Assembly (NCBI GenBank): GCA_964655705.1
Contig: CAZZPP010000005.1
Coordinates: 10,035-74,034 of the forward strand
Origin: an uncultured Candidatus Saccharibacteria bacterium
GTDB lineage: Bacteria; Patescibacteriota; Dojkabacteria; SC72
DNA length: 64,000 nucleotides
Direction: 5' to 3'
The notes beneath the pieces are model-generated. The model was not told the origin of the DNA, ran no database searches, and saw only the letters and a program-made list of their open reading frames with translations. A program made the translations under genes and the position numbers. Below, one piece after another: positions 9,891 through 20,357 of this stretch. The stretch's first letter is position 1. Each line of letters starts with the position of its first letter.

Positions 9891-11663
9891 TTACCAAAGA
9901 GAACCTAACCAATCAAATATTGAAATGGAGATACCTAATACAGACTTTCCACTACTGTTACTTCTACTTAGCGACTTAAGGTATGTCATATCTACTACTA
10001 TTTGGGCAGTACTCTTTGTACCATTGTTAAATACTGCCTCGACTTTAATCCAATGCTGTGAATGATTAAACAACTCTTGAGAGAGTATGAATGACCCAGA
10101 TTGTTGGGTAGATGATTCAATCTCCTTGTTATCTACATATACAGTAATCTTTGATACATTGTTTTCTTCTGTAATAGGTGTAAGAGTATATTTAACCTCG
10201 ATATCTCCTACTTCAGTTGGAATATACTTATTCCCTTTTGATAGTAATGGTTGGGTTATGGAGATGACCTGAGGAGTTACTGTTTTTGTTTTCTTAGGTA
10301 CCGGTACAACCTGTGGGGTTTCCTCTTCAGGCTCTTCAATTACAGGAGTCTCTTGGGGAGTTTCTTCTACAGGTTCAGGTTCTAGTTGTGCTACTGCTGT
10401 AGTTAAATCAATTAATCCATATCCAAAAAGAATATCTTTACCAACCTCTCCTAAATCAATAGCACTCTCTCTTAAGAGGGTCCTAATTTCTGAAGTTGAG
10501 CATGTTGTACATATTGACATTAGTAAAGCAGCAGCCCCACTTACATGAGGAGTTGCCATACTAGTTCCACTTAAATACTTGTAAGTACTACCAATATATG
10601 TTGAGTAATTGTAAACACCAGGAGCAGCTAGTTCGCCCCCAATGTTACTAAAACTTGCCAGTAAATTGTTTTTGTCTGTAGCTACTACACATACAGCATT
10701 AGTATATGCTCCAGGATATGAACAGGGAGCACCACCATCGTTACCTGCTGCGGCTACAACTAGCACTCCTTTGTTTGCAGCATAGTTAACAGCGTCTTTA
10801 AGGATTAAAGAGTCTGTGGGAGAGCCCAAACTTAGATTAATTACTCTAGCCCCATTATCTGCTGCGTAATATATACCCTTGGCAACATCAGAGAGATATC
10901 CATATCCCTGAGCGTTTAATACTTTAACGGGTAATATCTTTGCAGAGTGTCCGACACCAACCACTCCAGCTTGATTAAAAGAGGAACTTGTAATACCTGC
11001 AACATGTGTACCATGCCCATTGTCATCATTGGCATCAGAGTCACCATTAACAAAATCATAGCCTACTAAAAGGTTACTTACCAAATCAGGATGGTCTTTC
11101 TGGACACCTGTATCAACTACTGCAACTTTAATACCACTGCCTGAGCCACTACTCCATACTTTGTCAGCACCAATCCTTGAAATACCCCAATCTATGGTAT
11201 CTGCAAACATTTTAATTGGTATATCTGTTTCCACTTGGGCATCTAAATCATTCTGTAGAGAAGGTAGATCACTCTCTGGTGAGATACTTACAACATATAT
11301 ACCATTACTTTGTTCGTCTTCAGAAAATGTTACATCGTATTTCTCTTCTAGTGCATCGATTTCTGTCTGAGAAAGAGGGGTCTCTACTTTAACAACTTTT
11401 CTACTCTCTTGGACTTCTAGTATTCCCTGCTTACTCTCATTGACATCGTCATTGTCCATCTGAGGGAGATCTTCTCTGTTTTCTAGAATAGGTGTACTAG
11501 TGGTGATATATCTAGAGGTAATAGCTTCCTCTGCTAAATCTACTTCTGGATTTTGTTGACCAGGGGATATGAACAGTGAAACTAAAAGGATGAATAGTAT
11601 GAATCCAAAGAGTAAGATTCCAGTCCCAAGTAAGGTAAACATCTTTTTGTTGCTATCTTCCAT
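9891..11663 (-). CDS. subtilisin-like serine protease (peptidase S8), N-terminal TM anchor, Pro/Thr/Glu-rich linker and C-terminal domain
   Basis: 590 aa; catalytic triad motifs VAVVDTGV, HGTHVAG, GTSMATPHVSG. Confidence 0.9.
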   Translation of the reverse strand: MEDSNKKMFTLLGTGILLFGFILFILLVSLFISPGQQNPEVDLAEEAITSRYITTSTPILENREDLPQMDNDDVNESKQGILEVQESRKVVKVETPLSQTEIDALEEKYDVTFSEDEQSNGIYVVSISPESDLPSLQNDLDAQVETDIPIKMFADTIDWGISRIGADKVWSSGSGSGIKVAVVDTGVQKDHPDLVSNLLVGYDFVNGDSDANDDNGHGTHVAGITSSSFNQAGVVGVGHSAKILPVKVLNAQGYGYLSDVAKGIYYAADNGARVINLSLGSPTDSLILKDAVNYAANKGVLVVAAAGNDGGAPCSYPGAYTNAVCVVATDKNNLLASFSNIGGELAAPGVYNYSTYIGSTYKYLSGTSMATPHVSGAAALLMSICTTCSTSEIRTLLRESAIDLGEVGKDILFGYGLIDLTTAVAQLEPEPVEETPQETPVIEEPEEETPQVVPVPKKTKTVTPQVISITQPLLSKGNKYIPTEVGDIEVKYTLTPITEENNVSKITVYVDNKEIESSTQQSGSFILSQELFNHSQHWIKVEAVFNNGTKSTAQIVVDMTYLKSLSRSNSSGKSVLGISISIFDWLGSLW

Positions 11664-11691
11664 TTAGAAATAAAAAGAATTTAAATATTGT

Positions 11692-13263
11692 ATGTATATA
11701 TATTTAACAGTCTATGGGGATAAAAATCAAGGATACAATGGTATAATTGGGGATATGCTTAGTATTAACAATATTTCAATCTCAAAGGGAGGGAATGAAA
11801 TTTTGAAAAATGTGTCATTGTATTTAGGGCCTACTGAAAAAATTGGTCTAGTTGGTGTTAATGGTGCAGGAAAATCTACCCTCTTAAAAATAGTTGCGGG
11901 AAAAGAAGAACCAGATCTCGGAGATATCCATATGAGTGGATCAATATCATACCTCTCCCAGGAGATACATAAGGAGATGATTGAGGGGATGTCTACTCTA
12001 CAAGATCTAACTATTGGAGAATACATAATCATTGAAAAGGGTTTAGATATACAGGAATGGGAGATTAACAAGATGCTAAATAATATGAATATGCAAGGTA
12101 AGACATCGGATTCCATCCTTCAGGAACTGTCTGGTGGCCAGAAGATAAAAGTTGAATTAATTAGAATACTTAATCAGAAATCTTCTCTTTTAATTCTAGA
12201 TGAGCCTACTAACTTCCTAGATATCCCTTCTGCACAATGGTTAATGGGTTTTCTAGTTACCTACCCATCTTCTGTATTAGTTGTATCCCATGATTTAAGA
12301 TTAATGAACAAAGGGATTCAAAAGATATGGTATTTAAATGATATTAAACATGAGGTAGAGGTATACAAAGGTAACTATGATGCTTTCCTAAAACAGATTG
12401 CACTTAAAGATGAGTTACTTCACAAAGAATTAAAAGCGCAGGAGAGAAAAGCAAAAAGAATATATGAGTATGCTAAGACCCTTTCTAGTAGAGGACAAAC
12501 CAAAGAGAAGATGAAAGCTGCAAAAAAGTTTGAACAAGCTATTAAAGAGAAAGAGAAGTTAAAAGCCTTAGAAAAGGAATTGCAAAAAAGTAAGAAGATG
12601 AATATACAGATACCAACCCCCTTACCCTCTAGTAGAAATATTCTTGTGGTAGAACATATTTCAAAGGAATATATTAAGGGTGCTAAAGTACTTAAGGATA
12701 TTTCTTTTGAAATTGAGAAAGGGGAAAAAGTTGCAGTTATTGGTAAAAATGGTGTAGGTAAGACAACTCTTCTAAAGATTTTAGTTAACAAATTAGATCA
12801 AAGTAAAGGAAGATATTCATGGGGAAAGGGTGTAGATATTGGTTACTACTCTCAAGAATATGAGGGTTTAGATTATGAACAAACAGTATTAGAGAATATA
12901 TATGGTCTGAATTGGGGGGATATTGATAGGAGGGCATTTTTAGGTAGATTTTTACTTGTGGGTGATATGGTAAATCAAAAGATTAAGACTCTTTCTGGAG
13001 GTGAGAAGACCAGGCTTGCATTAGCTAAACTTTTTGCAAACAGGCATAATGTATTGGTTTTAGATGAACCAACTACATATCTAGATTTTGATTCTCAGAA
13101 TGTATTGCTTACCGCCTTAAAGGAGTACAAAGGCACAATACTGTTAGTAAGTCATCAACCCCAATTTGTTAGACTGTTAGGAATAGACAAGGTGTTACTT
13201 ATGCCTGATGAGAAGTTCGGCTACTTTAAGGAAGAGTATATTGAGAGGGTAGGAATAATTTAA
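11692..13263 (+). CDS. ABC-F family ATPase (two tandem ABC domains, no TM)
   Basis: 523 aa; two Walker A (GVNGAGKST, GKNGVGKTT), two LSGGQ/LSGGE signatures, linker with KE-rich coiled region. Confidence 0.85.
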   Translation: MYIYLTVYGDKNQGYNGIIGDMLSINNISISKGGNEILKNVSLYLGPTEKIGLVGVNGAGKSTLLKIVAGKEEPDLGDIHMSGSISYLSQEIHKEMIEGMSTLQDLTIGEYIIIEKGLDIQEWEINKMLNNMNMQGKTSDSILQELSGGQKIKVELIRILNQKSSLLILDEPTNFLDIPSAQWLMGFLVTYPSSVLVVSHDLRLMNKGIQKIWYLNDIKHEVEVYKGNYDAFLKQIALKDELLHKELKAQERKAKRIYEYAKTLSSRGQTKEKMKAAKKFEQAIKEKEKLKALEKELQKSKKMNIQIPTPLPSSRNILVVEHISKEYIKGAKVLKDISFEIEKGEKVAVIGKNGVGKTTLLKILVNKLDQSKGRYSWGKGVDIGYYSQEYEGLDYEQTVLENIYGLNWGDIDRRAFLGRFLLVGDMVNQKIKTLSGGEKTRLALAKLFANRHNVLVLDEPTTYLDFDSQNVLLTALKEYKGTILLVSHQPQFVRLLGIDKVLLMPDEKFGYFKEEYIERVGII

Positions 13264-13325
13264 GAGGAATTGCATAATTATTCAATTTCCCATATATTAA
13301 TATGTAACCTTACACACATATATAC

Positions 13326-14660
13326 ATGAAGAAATATGAGTATGTGATAGTTGGTGCTGGTCCTGCAGGATTGTTTGCATGTTATGAACTTCTTAGAAAG
13401 AGAAAAAAGGGTATCCTTCTAATTGATAGTGGTAAGAGAATTGAAGAGAGAAGACCCTCTGATATTATGGAGGGTATTGGGGGTGCAGGGACTTACTCTG
13501 ATGGGAAATTGACTCTTACAGCAAACCTTTCTCATGAGAAAGCATTTCATTTGATTTCTAGGAGTGAATATCAAAAGATCTTAGACAATGTTGATACAAT
13601 CTTTACTAAGTTTGGAGTAGACTCACAGTACTATCCCAAACAGACAGAGGAATTAAAACAACTAATTGGAGAGGCGGAAACAAACGATGTTGAGTTGGTA
13701 ATTAGGAAAGCAAGACATGTGGGTACAGACAAATTAAAGGAGTTTGTACATAACTTCCAAGAATACATTCTTTCTAAAGGGGTTGAGATTAGAGATAGTA
13801 CTACGGTTGAAGATATCATAGTCGAAAAAAATAGTGTTAAAGGTGTAGTTACCAAAGAAGGTAAGAAGATATATACACAGAAGGTCCTTTTAGCACCTGG
13901 GAGAATTAATGCACGTTGGTTACAGAAATTAGCAGATAGGCATGGGATTAAATATATATATGACAAGGTTGAGGTAGGTGTAAGAGTGGAATTTCCATCT
14001 AGTATTATGCAAAGACAGGCTCAAACTTTGTATGAAACTGTATACAGGATTAGAACAAAAACATATCAAGATATTGTTAGAACTTTTTGTAGTTGTCCTA
14101 ATGGTTTGGTTGCTATTGAGAAATATGATAGTTACATTTGTGTAAATGGTCATTCTAATTCAGATCATTTGAGTAAGAACTCTAACTTTGCTTTCCTGTG
14201 TGAAGTTAATTTAAAAGAGCCATTAGAGAATTCCATTGCATATGCGAAATCTGTTGCAGAATTAACCTCACTTTTAGGAGGAGGAAAACCCCTACTCCAG
14301 AGCTTGTATGACCTAAGAGATGGTAGAAGGAGTACATGGTCTAGGTTAGAGAAATCTTTTGTAATACCCTCACTTCAAGATGTTGTCCCAGGGGATATAT
14401 CAATGGGATTACCTCATAGGATAGTTTTAAATATTATTGAAGGTTTAGAATTACTAGATAAGGTAATGCCTGGTATAAATTCGGGATCTACCTTGCTTTA
14501 TGCTCCAGAGGTTAAGTTTAGATCCTCTAAGATTGAGACAGATAGGGGGTTGCAAACTTCAATAGAGGGTGTGTATGTTGCAGGTGATGCTGCTGGACTA
14601 TCTGGTTCGATTACAGGAGCCTGTGTAACTGGAATAATGGCTGCAAGAGGTATGAATTAG
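13326..14660 (+). CDS. FAD-dependent oxidoreductase (COG2509-like uncharacterised FAD dehydrogenase)
   Basis: 444 aa; N-terminal dinucleotide fold VIVGAGPAGLFACYEL; C-terminal GDAAG motif. Confidence 0.65.
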   Translation: MKKYEYVIVGAGPAGLFACYELLRKRKKGILLIDSGKRIEERRPSDIMEGIGGAGTYSDGKLTLTANLSHEKAFHLISRSEYQKILDNVDTIFTKFGVDSQYYPKQTEELKQLIGEAETNDVELVIRKARHVGTDKLKEFVHNFQEYILSKGVEIRDSTTVEDIIVEKNSVKGVVTKEGKKIYTQKVLLAPGRINARWLQKLADRHGIKYIYDKVEVGVRVEFPSSIMQRQAQTLYETVYRIRTKTYQDIVRTFCSCPNGLVAIEKYDSYICVNGHSNSDHLSKNSNFAFLCEVNLKEPLENSIAYAKSVAELTSLLGGGKPLLQSLYDLRDGRRSTWSRLEKSFVIPSLQDVVPGDISMGLPHRIVLNIIEGLELLDKVMPGINSGSTLLYAPEVKFRSSKIETDRGLQTSIEGVYVAGDAAGLSGSITGACVTGIMAARGMN

Positions 14661-15424
14661 TTTAGTAGTTTACTAATATTCTTTTTAACAAAGATAGTAG
14701 CTTCTTCATTTGAGTTCTCTACCTTAACTCTTTTGTCAGTATGAGTTAGATATACGCAGTATTTGTATCCAGCCTCAATAGCAGGATATATGTCAGAGGT
14801 AAGACTATCTCCTATAACTAAGGTTTTATTTAAATCTAATTTAAAATGTCTACCTGCATTTATCCACCCTAATTTATCTTTTGAGTCATTAATATCTGTT
14901 GTAAAAAACGGTAATTCCAATTCTTTATTATATCTCTGTCCATATTCCCTCTTTATTTTCTCAACCTTTGTATATGTCCAACCATCTTGCGCATGAGAGT
15001 ATACTCCCATATTAATAGTATATTTTGCTAATTTAAAAAGGCTCTCAACTGTATATGGGAATAACTGTGGGGATGATGTATAGAAATCCTTGTAAAGAGA
15101 TTGTAATTTATTCAATACTTTTTCATCACTAATCTTAATATTGTTATCTTTACAATATTTAGATATCCCTTCTAGTGAAAGTGCATCAACTAGCATAGGA
15201 CCAGAACCACTCCTATACACCTCATTAGTAATATTTAGAATGTCTCTCGTAATCTTCAATTGTTTTCTTAAGGGTAGACTCTTAAAGATATCACTTACGA
15301 TGATTAGTATGGCATTTGTCATCTCCTCTGCAAAATAGACCTTAGTATCTACCAAGGTTCTGTCCATATCAAAGAGAACAAACTGTATCTCATTACTTAC
15401 AATCAATTTCTTTATCTCATTCAT
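14657..15424 (-). CDS. HAD-superfamily hydrolase
   Basis: 255 aa; motif I FDMDRTLVDT near N-terminus, C-terminal GDS. Confidence 0.6.
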   Translation of the reverse strand: MNEIKKLIVSNEIQFVLFDMDRTLVDTKVYFAEEMTNAILIIVSDIFKSLPLRKQLKITRDILNITNEVYRSGSGPMLVDALSLEGISKYCKDNNIKISDEKVLNKLQSLYKDFYTSSPQLFPYTVESLFKLAKYTINMGVYSHAQDGWTYTKVEKIKREYGQRYNKELELPFFTTDINDSKDKLGWINAGRHFKLDLNKTLVIGDSLTSDIYPAIEAGYKYCVYLTHTDKRVKVENSNEEATIFVKKNISKLLN

Positions 15425-15432
15425 GGTAATAT

Positions 15433-15849
15433 TTAAACTTTTTTAATTTTTAGTTCTACTACTGCCTGCTCACTAGCATTAAAGTTACCTTCTTTCTGGA
15501 AATTAGTAATAACTTGTGCACAGACCATATCTTGTGAGGGCTTAATTACCTCTACTAGTACAGTAACTTGCTCTGGATAGCTTTCTTGTATGATTACTTC
15601 AATATATGCATCGTAACAGGGGTTGGGAAACTTTCCTGTAACTTTGTAGTTCCATTTATTCTCAGAGACATATTCTTTTTCAAGTACTAAGTCATATATT
15701 TGAGTTGGGTGTTTTGTTTTTTCATTTGGTAATTCCCTTTCCTTTTTGGAATTAAAGAAAAGCAAAGGAAGGAGAATTGTAAGCAAAAAGATTGAGGTAG
15801 TAGATATTACAATTAAAGATTTTTTTCTTTTTAAAATACTAAAATTCAT
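15433..15849 (-). CDS. small secreted/membrane-anchored hypothetical protein
   Basis: 138 aa with N-terminal hydrophobic anchor. Confidence 0.45.
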   Translation of the reverse strand: MNFSILKRKKSLIVISTTSIFLLTILLPLLFFNSKKERELPNEKTKHPTQIYDLVLEKEYVSENKWNYKVTGKFPNPCYDAYIEVIIQESYPEQVTVLVEVIKPSQDMVCAQVITNFQKEGNFNASEQAVVELKIKKV

Positions 15850-15851
15850 TT

Positions 15852-16526
15852 CTATTTGCTATTCCTGTTCTCATACTTGTAAATTAGAAGTGACCATATA
15901 CTTGCCCCAATTATTAGAATACCAGAGATTGATATTACCAAATCAAAATAGAGATCTCCAATATTAGCAATTAGCCCCCCAATAATACTAATTAAACCAG
16001 TACATATACTCATAACAGTATCATATGCTGCATATTGTCTTCCTTCCCTACCACCATCAATATTTAAAGCAAAAAGTTTTCTCCAATTAGTTACATTTAA
16101 TGCAACGCCTAGACCAAAGAGAAATTGAAGAATGTAGTAATGGACTGGTTGAGATATCTGAGCATAGAAGAGAAAGGGTATACCCATTAAAATTGTTCCT
16201 AATATTAGTAAATATATTTCATCCTTGTCCTTTTTGATTCTATCTGTAATATGTCCTATGGGTATTTGGAATATCGCTCTTGTAAAGAAGTATATGGCTG
16301 TTCCAATACCAACAAATTGTATAGTATCCTGTCCCAATTTACTTGAAAGATAGAGGCCTGTTAATGCACCAATAATTGAATATGTGCCCCAAGAAAACAC
16401 ATCAGAGAGTGTTAAATATATGATAACCCTATTCAATTTCCTGATTCTTTCTTTTAAATCTATCATTTTTCTATCCCCTTCTGTCAGAAAACCACCATTC
16501 TTTAACCATATCCATATCTCCCTCAA
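15852..16526 (-). CDS. hypothetical 6-TM membrane protein (MFS-half-like); true start probably the internal Met (MIDLKERIRK) to avoid overlap
   Basis: 224 aa, six hydrophobic helices; 55-nt overlap with upstream ORF at annotated start. Confidence 0.5.
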   Translation of the reverse strand: MREIWIWLKNGGFLTEGDRKMIDLKERIRKLNRVIIYLTLSDVFSWGTYSIIGALTGLYLSSKLGQDTIQFVGIGTAIYFFTRAIFQIPIGHITDRIKKDKDEIYLLILGTILMGIPFLFYAQISQPVHYYILQFLFGLGVALNVTNWRKLFALNIDGGREGRQYAAYDTVMSICTGLISIIGGLIANIGDLYFDLVISISGILIIGASIWSLLIYKYENRNSK

Positions 16527-16926
16527 CTCTAAGTATTTCTAAATGGGTATCTGCAAAGTGTAAGTATTCATTCTCTGGATTAACCTCCTGCTCTTTAACA
16601 GGGATAAATACAATCGTTGTATCTAACATTTCTGTATCTAGAGATCGGACTCCCTCCTCTCTAGTAACCCCATATATTACAATATCTTCAGGCATAATAT
16701 TATTTCCCTCAACGTAGTAATTAATTTCTCCTCCTGGGTAGAGCACTTTCATATTGAAATCATTGTTCTTAATTTTGTAAGGTACTTCACCCATGACTTT
16801 AAGTTCATTTGGGGTTAAAATACCTGACTTAGGAGTTAAAACAATGGGCATACATTTTAGTTCACCATTGTATTCCACTAAGCTTTCTCTTGTCTCAGTC
16901 AGTTTCTGATACTCTTGTAGTGTCAT
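16471..16926 (-). CDS. hypothetical soluble protein
   Basis: 151 aa ORF, no recognisable motif. Confidence 0.45.
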   Translation of the reverse strand: MTLQEYQKLTETRESLVEYNGELKCMPIVLTPKSGILTPNELKVMGEVPYKIKNNDFNMKVLYPGGEINYYVEGNNIMPEDIVIYGVTREEGVRSLDTEMLDTTIVFIPVKEQEVNPENEYLHFADTHLEILRVEGDMDMVKEWWFSDRRG

Positions 16927-16932
16927 ATATAA

Positions 16933-18864
16933 TTAAGTAATTAAATTAGGTATTTGAGGCAGATCTTTCTTTTTAGAATAAATTTTCTTAAGACTAATTG
17001 ATAAAATTATTATTGATATTATTAACAAGAGTATTAGTACTACAAATATCCCTATCATTAATACTTTGTTGTTAGTATTAAATATGGGAGACCTATCTTC
17101 TCCTGCTGCTATCTTTTCATCACAAAGGTCTAAGATGGGTTGAAGAGTAACCGTTAGTGCAGGTTGTGTAATTAATATCTGTTCTAAAGATTCTTTTGCC
17201 CTCTTGTAATAACCCAGAGAGGCATCAGAGAGAGAGTTTTGGAGATTACTTCGCAAGGAGTTAATCTGTGGTTCTACAGATGAATTAGTTAAAAAGGAGA
17301 GTAACTCCTTACCTGATACTCCGTAATTAAAGTTCCCTGAATCTGAACTAAGACTATATGTTGCTACACCAACAACATTCCCTTGTTCATCAATAATTGG
17401 GCCTCCACTATTTCCTCCTTGTATTGCTGCATCTATCTGTATCAGATCATAGGTGTTGTTTGTATTTGGTTTAATAGCACTTATACTACCTTTAGTAACA
17501 CTAGAACTTAATACCTGTGTACTACTAATTAACTCAGAATCATCAGCAATAGCCGGGTATCCTACTACGTATATGGTTTGCCCTGTTGAATATCCAGAAG
17601 ATATTATTGGAGTTGATGGGAAATTAAATTCTCCATCTACCTGTAATACTGCTAAATCAGCAACTTGGGTAATATATGTCTCTTCTGAAAGAAGAGATTG
17701 ATAGAAGGAGGAGAGATCATTACTCTCTACCAAGTTTGCCTTGAAGTAATTCTCTTTGTCTAGAAGGCTCCCACTCTCCTCATCAAAAGTAAATATCTCA
17801 CTACCCTGGATATATATCTCCCTCTCTTTATCTGTGATAGTAATGTATCCTTGATCATATAGTTCGGCAAGTAAAATTGTTACAAAGTTAATCATCTCTT
17901 CCTCAGTTATCTGAGATATTGTTACATCATCAAATTCAGACTCGAGGAAATTAATAATATCTGTAATGAAATCAAGTTCATATGTCCCATCCTCTGACCA
18001 ACCTTCAATCAAGGAGTCCAAGTTGTTAGCATTCGCAACATGAGCATTAGTTACAATATATCCATTATCATTTACTACAAAACCACTACCAAATCCTGCT
18101 GAACATATTGTATATGTCTTTCCACCAATATTTAAATCATACAATTCATTTGAGAACATAACGGAGTTACACTCCTTGCTAAATATTCTAAGTGTAGAAG
18201 CTTGTCCAAGTAGTTGTGCTTGATTAATACTAGATACTGTTGCAGAAAGAACTTCTGAATTACTAGTTGCTTCATTTGGGAGACTACTTGATTCCATCAT
18301 TTTACTCAATATTGAAGTAAGTTGAATATCCTCTTTAAAATTGTATCCCCATATTTGTAAATAGGGGGTAACATTGTTAGGGAATCTCTTGTAGATTACT
18401 GTTAAATACTCTACAGATTCAGTAGAGTCATCTAGGAAAGAGGGCCTTTTGTATGAATACAAAGCTTTCCCAACCCCATTATCCATAACAGTTTCAATAT
18501 ATGTTAAACTCTGGAAATTATTCTGAATGTCATCTTCTCTTAATACCTTCAAAGAAGCACTCTTAAAAGATGACTTATCATCAATGGTTGAAAGAATAAT
18601 ATATTCATCCTCTTGGGATAGAGCAAAGTATCTAGTATCAAAGAAGAATTCTAAACCTAATGATTCTGAATAGTACTTCTCTAATGACATGTCATCAACT
18701 TTGTTAACTAAAAGAGTATTTGCTCCTTTGACACTTCCCTTTTCATACATGGCTCTTCCAACTGACAGTAATCCCACTAAAGAGAGAGTTAAAAGTAGAA
18801 TTGAGAATATGGAGTAAATCTGATATGTACGTATCTGTTTAGTAATTTTACTATCATTAATCAT
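16933..18864 (-). CDS. trypsin-like serine protease (S1 family) with N-terminal TM anchor and additional C-terminal TM helix
   Basis: 643 aa; His motif GSGFVVNDNGYIVTNAHV and Ser motif GNSGGPIIDEQGNVVGV; hydrophobic helices at both termini. Confidence 0.8.
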   Translation of the reverse strand: MINDSKITKQIRTYQIYSIFSILLLTLSLVGLLSVGRAMYEKGSVKGANTLLVNKVDDMSLEKYYSESLGLEFFFDTRYFALSQEDEYIILSTIDDKSSFKSASLKVLREDDIQNNFQSLTYIETVMDNGVGKALYSYKRPSFLDDSTESVEYLTVIYKRFPNNVTPYLQIWGYNFKEDIQLTSILSKMMESSSLPNEATSNSEVLSATVSSINQAQLLGQASTLRIFSKECNSVMFSNELYDLNIGGKTYTICSAGFGSGFVVNDNGYIVTNAHVANANNLDSLIEGWSEDGTYELDFITDIINFLESEFDDVTISQITEEEMINFVTILLAELYDQGYITITDKEREIYIQGSEIFTFDEESGSLLDKENYFKANLVESNDLSSFYQSLLSEETYITQVADLAVLQVDGEFNFPSTPIISSGYSTGQTIYVVGYPAIADDSELISSTQVLSSSVTKGSISAIKPNTNNTYDLIQIDAAIQGGNSGGPIIDEQGNVVGVATYSLSSDSGNFNYGVSGKELLSFLTNSSVEPQINSLRSNLQNSLSDASLGYYKRAKESLEQILITQPALTVTLQPILDLCDEKIAAGEDRSPIFNTNNKVLMIGIFVVLILLLIISIIILSISLKKIYSKKKDLPQIPNLIT

Positions 18865-18930
18865 CTATACATATTTGAAACTTAAATATCATAATTTAAC
18901 ATAGTTAGTTACAGTTTACAAACTTAGACA

Positions 18931-20004
18931 CTATTGAATTGTCCCTCCTCCTATGACATAGTCGTTATCGTAAAAAACAACAGCCTGCCCTGGGGTTATG
19001 GCTCTTTGAGGTGTATTAAATTTCACTTTAACATGACCATCTCCTAAAGGTTGGATTTTACAATCAGATGCTTTAGCACCATATCTAATCTTTGCTTTTG
19101 CGGATATTTCTTCTTTAAGGTCGTTAAAGGATATCCAATTTAGATGAGAAGCAATTAATTCATTTGAGTAGAGTTGTTCATTTGAACTAAGAACAACCTG
19201 GTTACTTTTTACATCGATATCTAAAACGTACATGGGTTTGCCTAATGAAACTCCTAAGTTTCTTCTCTGTCCAATCGTGTAGTTTGTAATACCACTATGG
19301 TATCCAATTACATTCCCATGGGTATCTACAAACTCTCCTTTTGGCATATCCTTTTTAGAGTTCTCTTGTAAATATCGTTTGTAATCATTGTTCTTTACAA
19401 AGCAAATCTCTTGGCTATCTGGTTTCTCGTGTGCTGGGAGATTAAGTTCTGAAGCAATTTCTCTTACCTGTTCTTTTTTTAATTCCCCTAGAGGAAATAT
19501 ACTCTTACTCAATTGTAACTGTGACAAGTTATATAGGAAGTAACTTTGATCTTTTTTTTTGTCAATTCCTTTTTTAAGAATGAACCTACTCCCTCTTTGT
19601 GCAACAGAGGCGTAATGTCCAGTAGAAATGTATTCAATATCTAAATCCTTTGCTTTTTCAATTAATCCTTGAAATTTAACATACCTATTACAAATTACAC
19701 AGGGATTGGGGGTATTGCCTAATTCATATTCAGATATGAAGTATTGTATGACGTATTTTTTGAAGTCGTTTTCTACATTGAATATGTAATGGGGAATACC
19801 TAGCATATTACAGACATTTTTGGCATCAGAGGTATTGGTAGACAGAGAAGTATCTTTCTCTTGTTGAAACATCTCTAATGTAACCCCTATTACATCGTAA
19901 CCATCATTTTTTAAAAGAGATGCGGCTACAGAGCTATCTACACCACCACTCATACCTATGAGTATTTTCTGTTTACTTTCCTTCATTCTTCCTTTTGTAA
20001 TCAT
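18931..20004 (-). CDS. mnmA: tRNA-specific 2-thiouridylase MnmA
   Basis: 357 aa; PP-loop ILIGMSGGVDSSVAASLL, catalytic Cys motifs typical of MnmA. Confidence 0.9.
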   Translation of the reverse strand: MITKGRMKESKQKILIGMSGGVDSSVAASLLKNDGYDVIGVTLEMFQQEKDTSLSTNTSDAKNVCNMLGIPHYIFNVENDFKKYVIQYFISEYELGNTPNPCVICNRYVKFQGLIEKAKDLDIEYISTGHYASVAQRGSRFILKKGIDKKKDQSYFLYNLSQLQLSKSIFPLGELKKEQVREIASELNLPAHEKPDSQEICFVKNNDYKRYLQENSKKDMPKGEFVDTHGNVIGYHSGITNYTIGQRRNLGVSLGKPMYVLDIDVKSNQVVLSSNEQLYSNELIASHLNWISFNDLKEEISAKAKIRYGAKASDCKIQPLGDGHVKVKFNTPQRAITPGQAVVFYDNDYVIGGGTIQ

Positions 20005-20353
20005 CTATTGCTGCTTTAATGCCTTGAGCTGCAAGGTTAGAGCAGTGCATTTTAACTGGAGGTAATCCATCTAGTGCTTCTGCTACCTCTTTGTTAGTTA
20101 TATCCAAAGCACTTTGGAGTGATTTACCCTTAACAAGTTCTGTAACCATGCTACTTGTAGCTACCGCTGCACCACATCCGAATGTAAGGAATTTAATGTC
20201 GGTGATTGTATTATCTTTAACTTTGATATACATTCTCATTATATCTCCACATACAGGATTACCTACTTCTCCAATTCCATCTGGATTTTCCATTTCTCCT
20301 ACATTCCTAGGATTAAGAAAGTGATCCATAACTTTTTTACTATACTCTTCCAT
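19973..20353 (-). CDS. iscU: Fe-S cluster assembly scaffold IscU/NifU-like
   Basis: 126 aa; NPVCGD, GCGAAVATS and MHCS conserved cysteine/histidine positions of IscU. Confidence 0.85.
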   Translation of the reverse strand: MEEYSKKVMDHFLNPRNVGEMENPDGIGEVGNPVCGDIMRMYIKVKDNTITDIKFLTFGCGAAVATSSMVTELVKGKSLQSALDITNKEVAEALDGLPPVKMHCSNLAAQGIKAAIDDYKRKNEGK

Positions 20354-20357
20354 ATCT

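Noticed and set aside
11727-12791. Antisense ORFs 11727..12116 and 12420..12791 inside the ABC-F gene, and similar shadow ORFs elsewhere (for example 13631..14153, 17453..17701, 32748..33085, 44144..44563, 53990..54532)
   Set aside because: They lie fully within and antisense to strongly supported conserved genes, and they have biased low-complexity composition.
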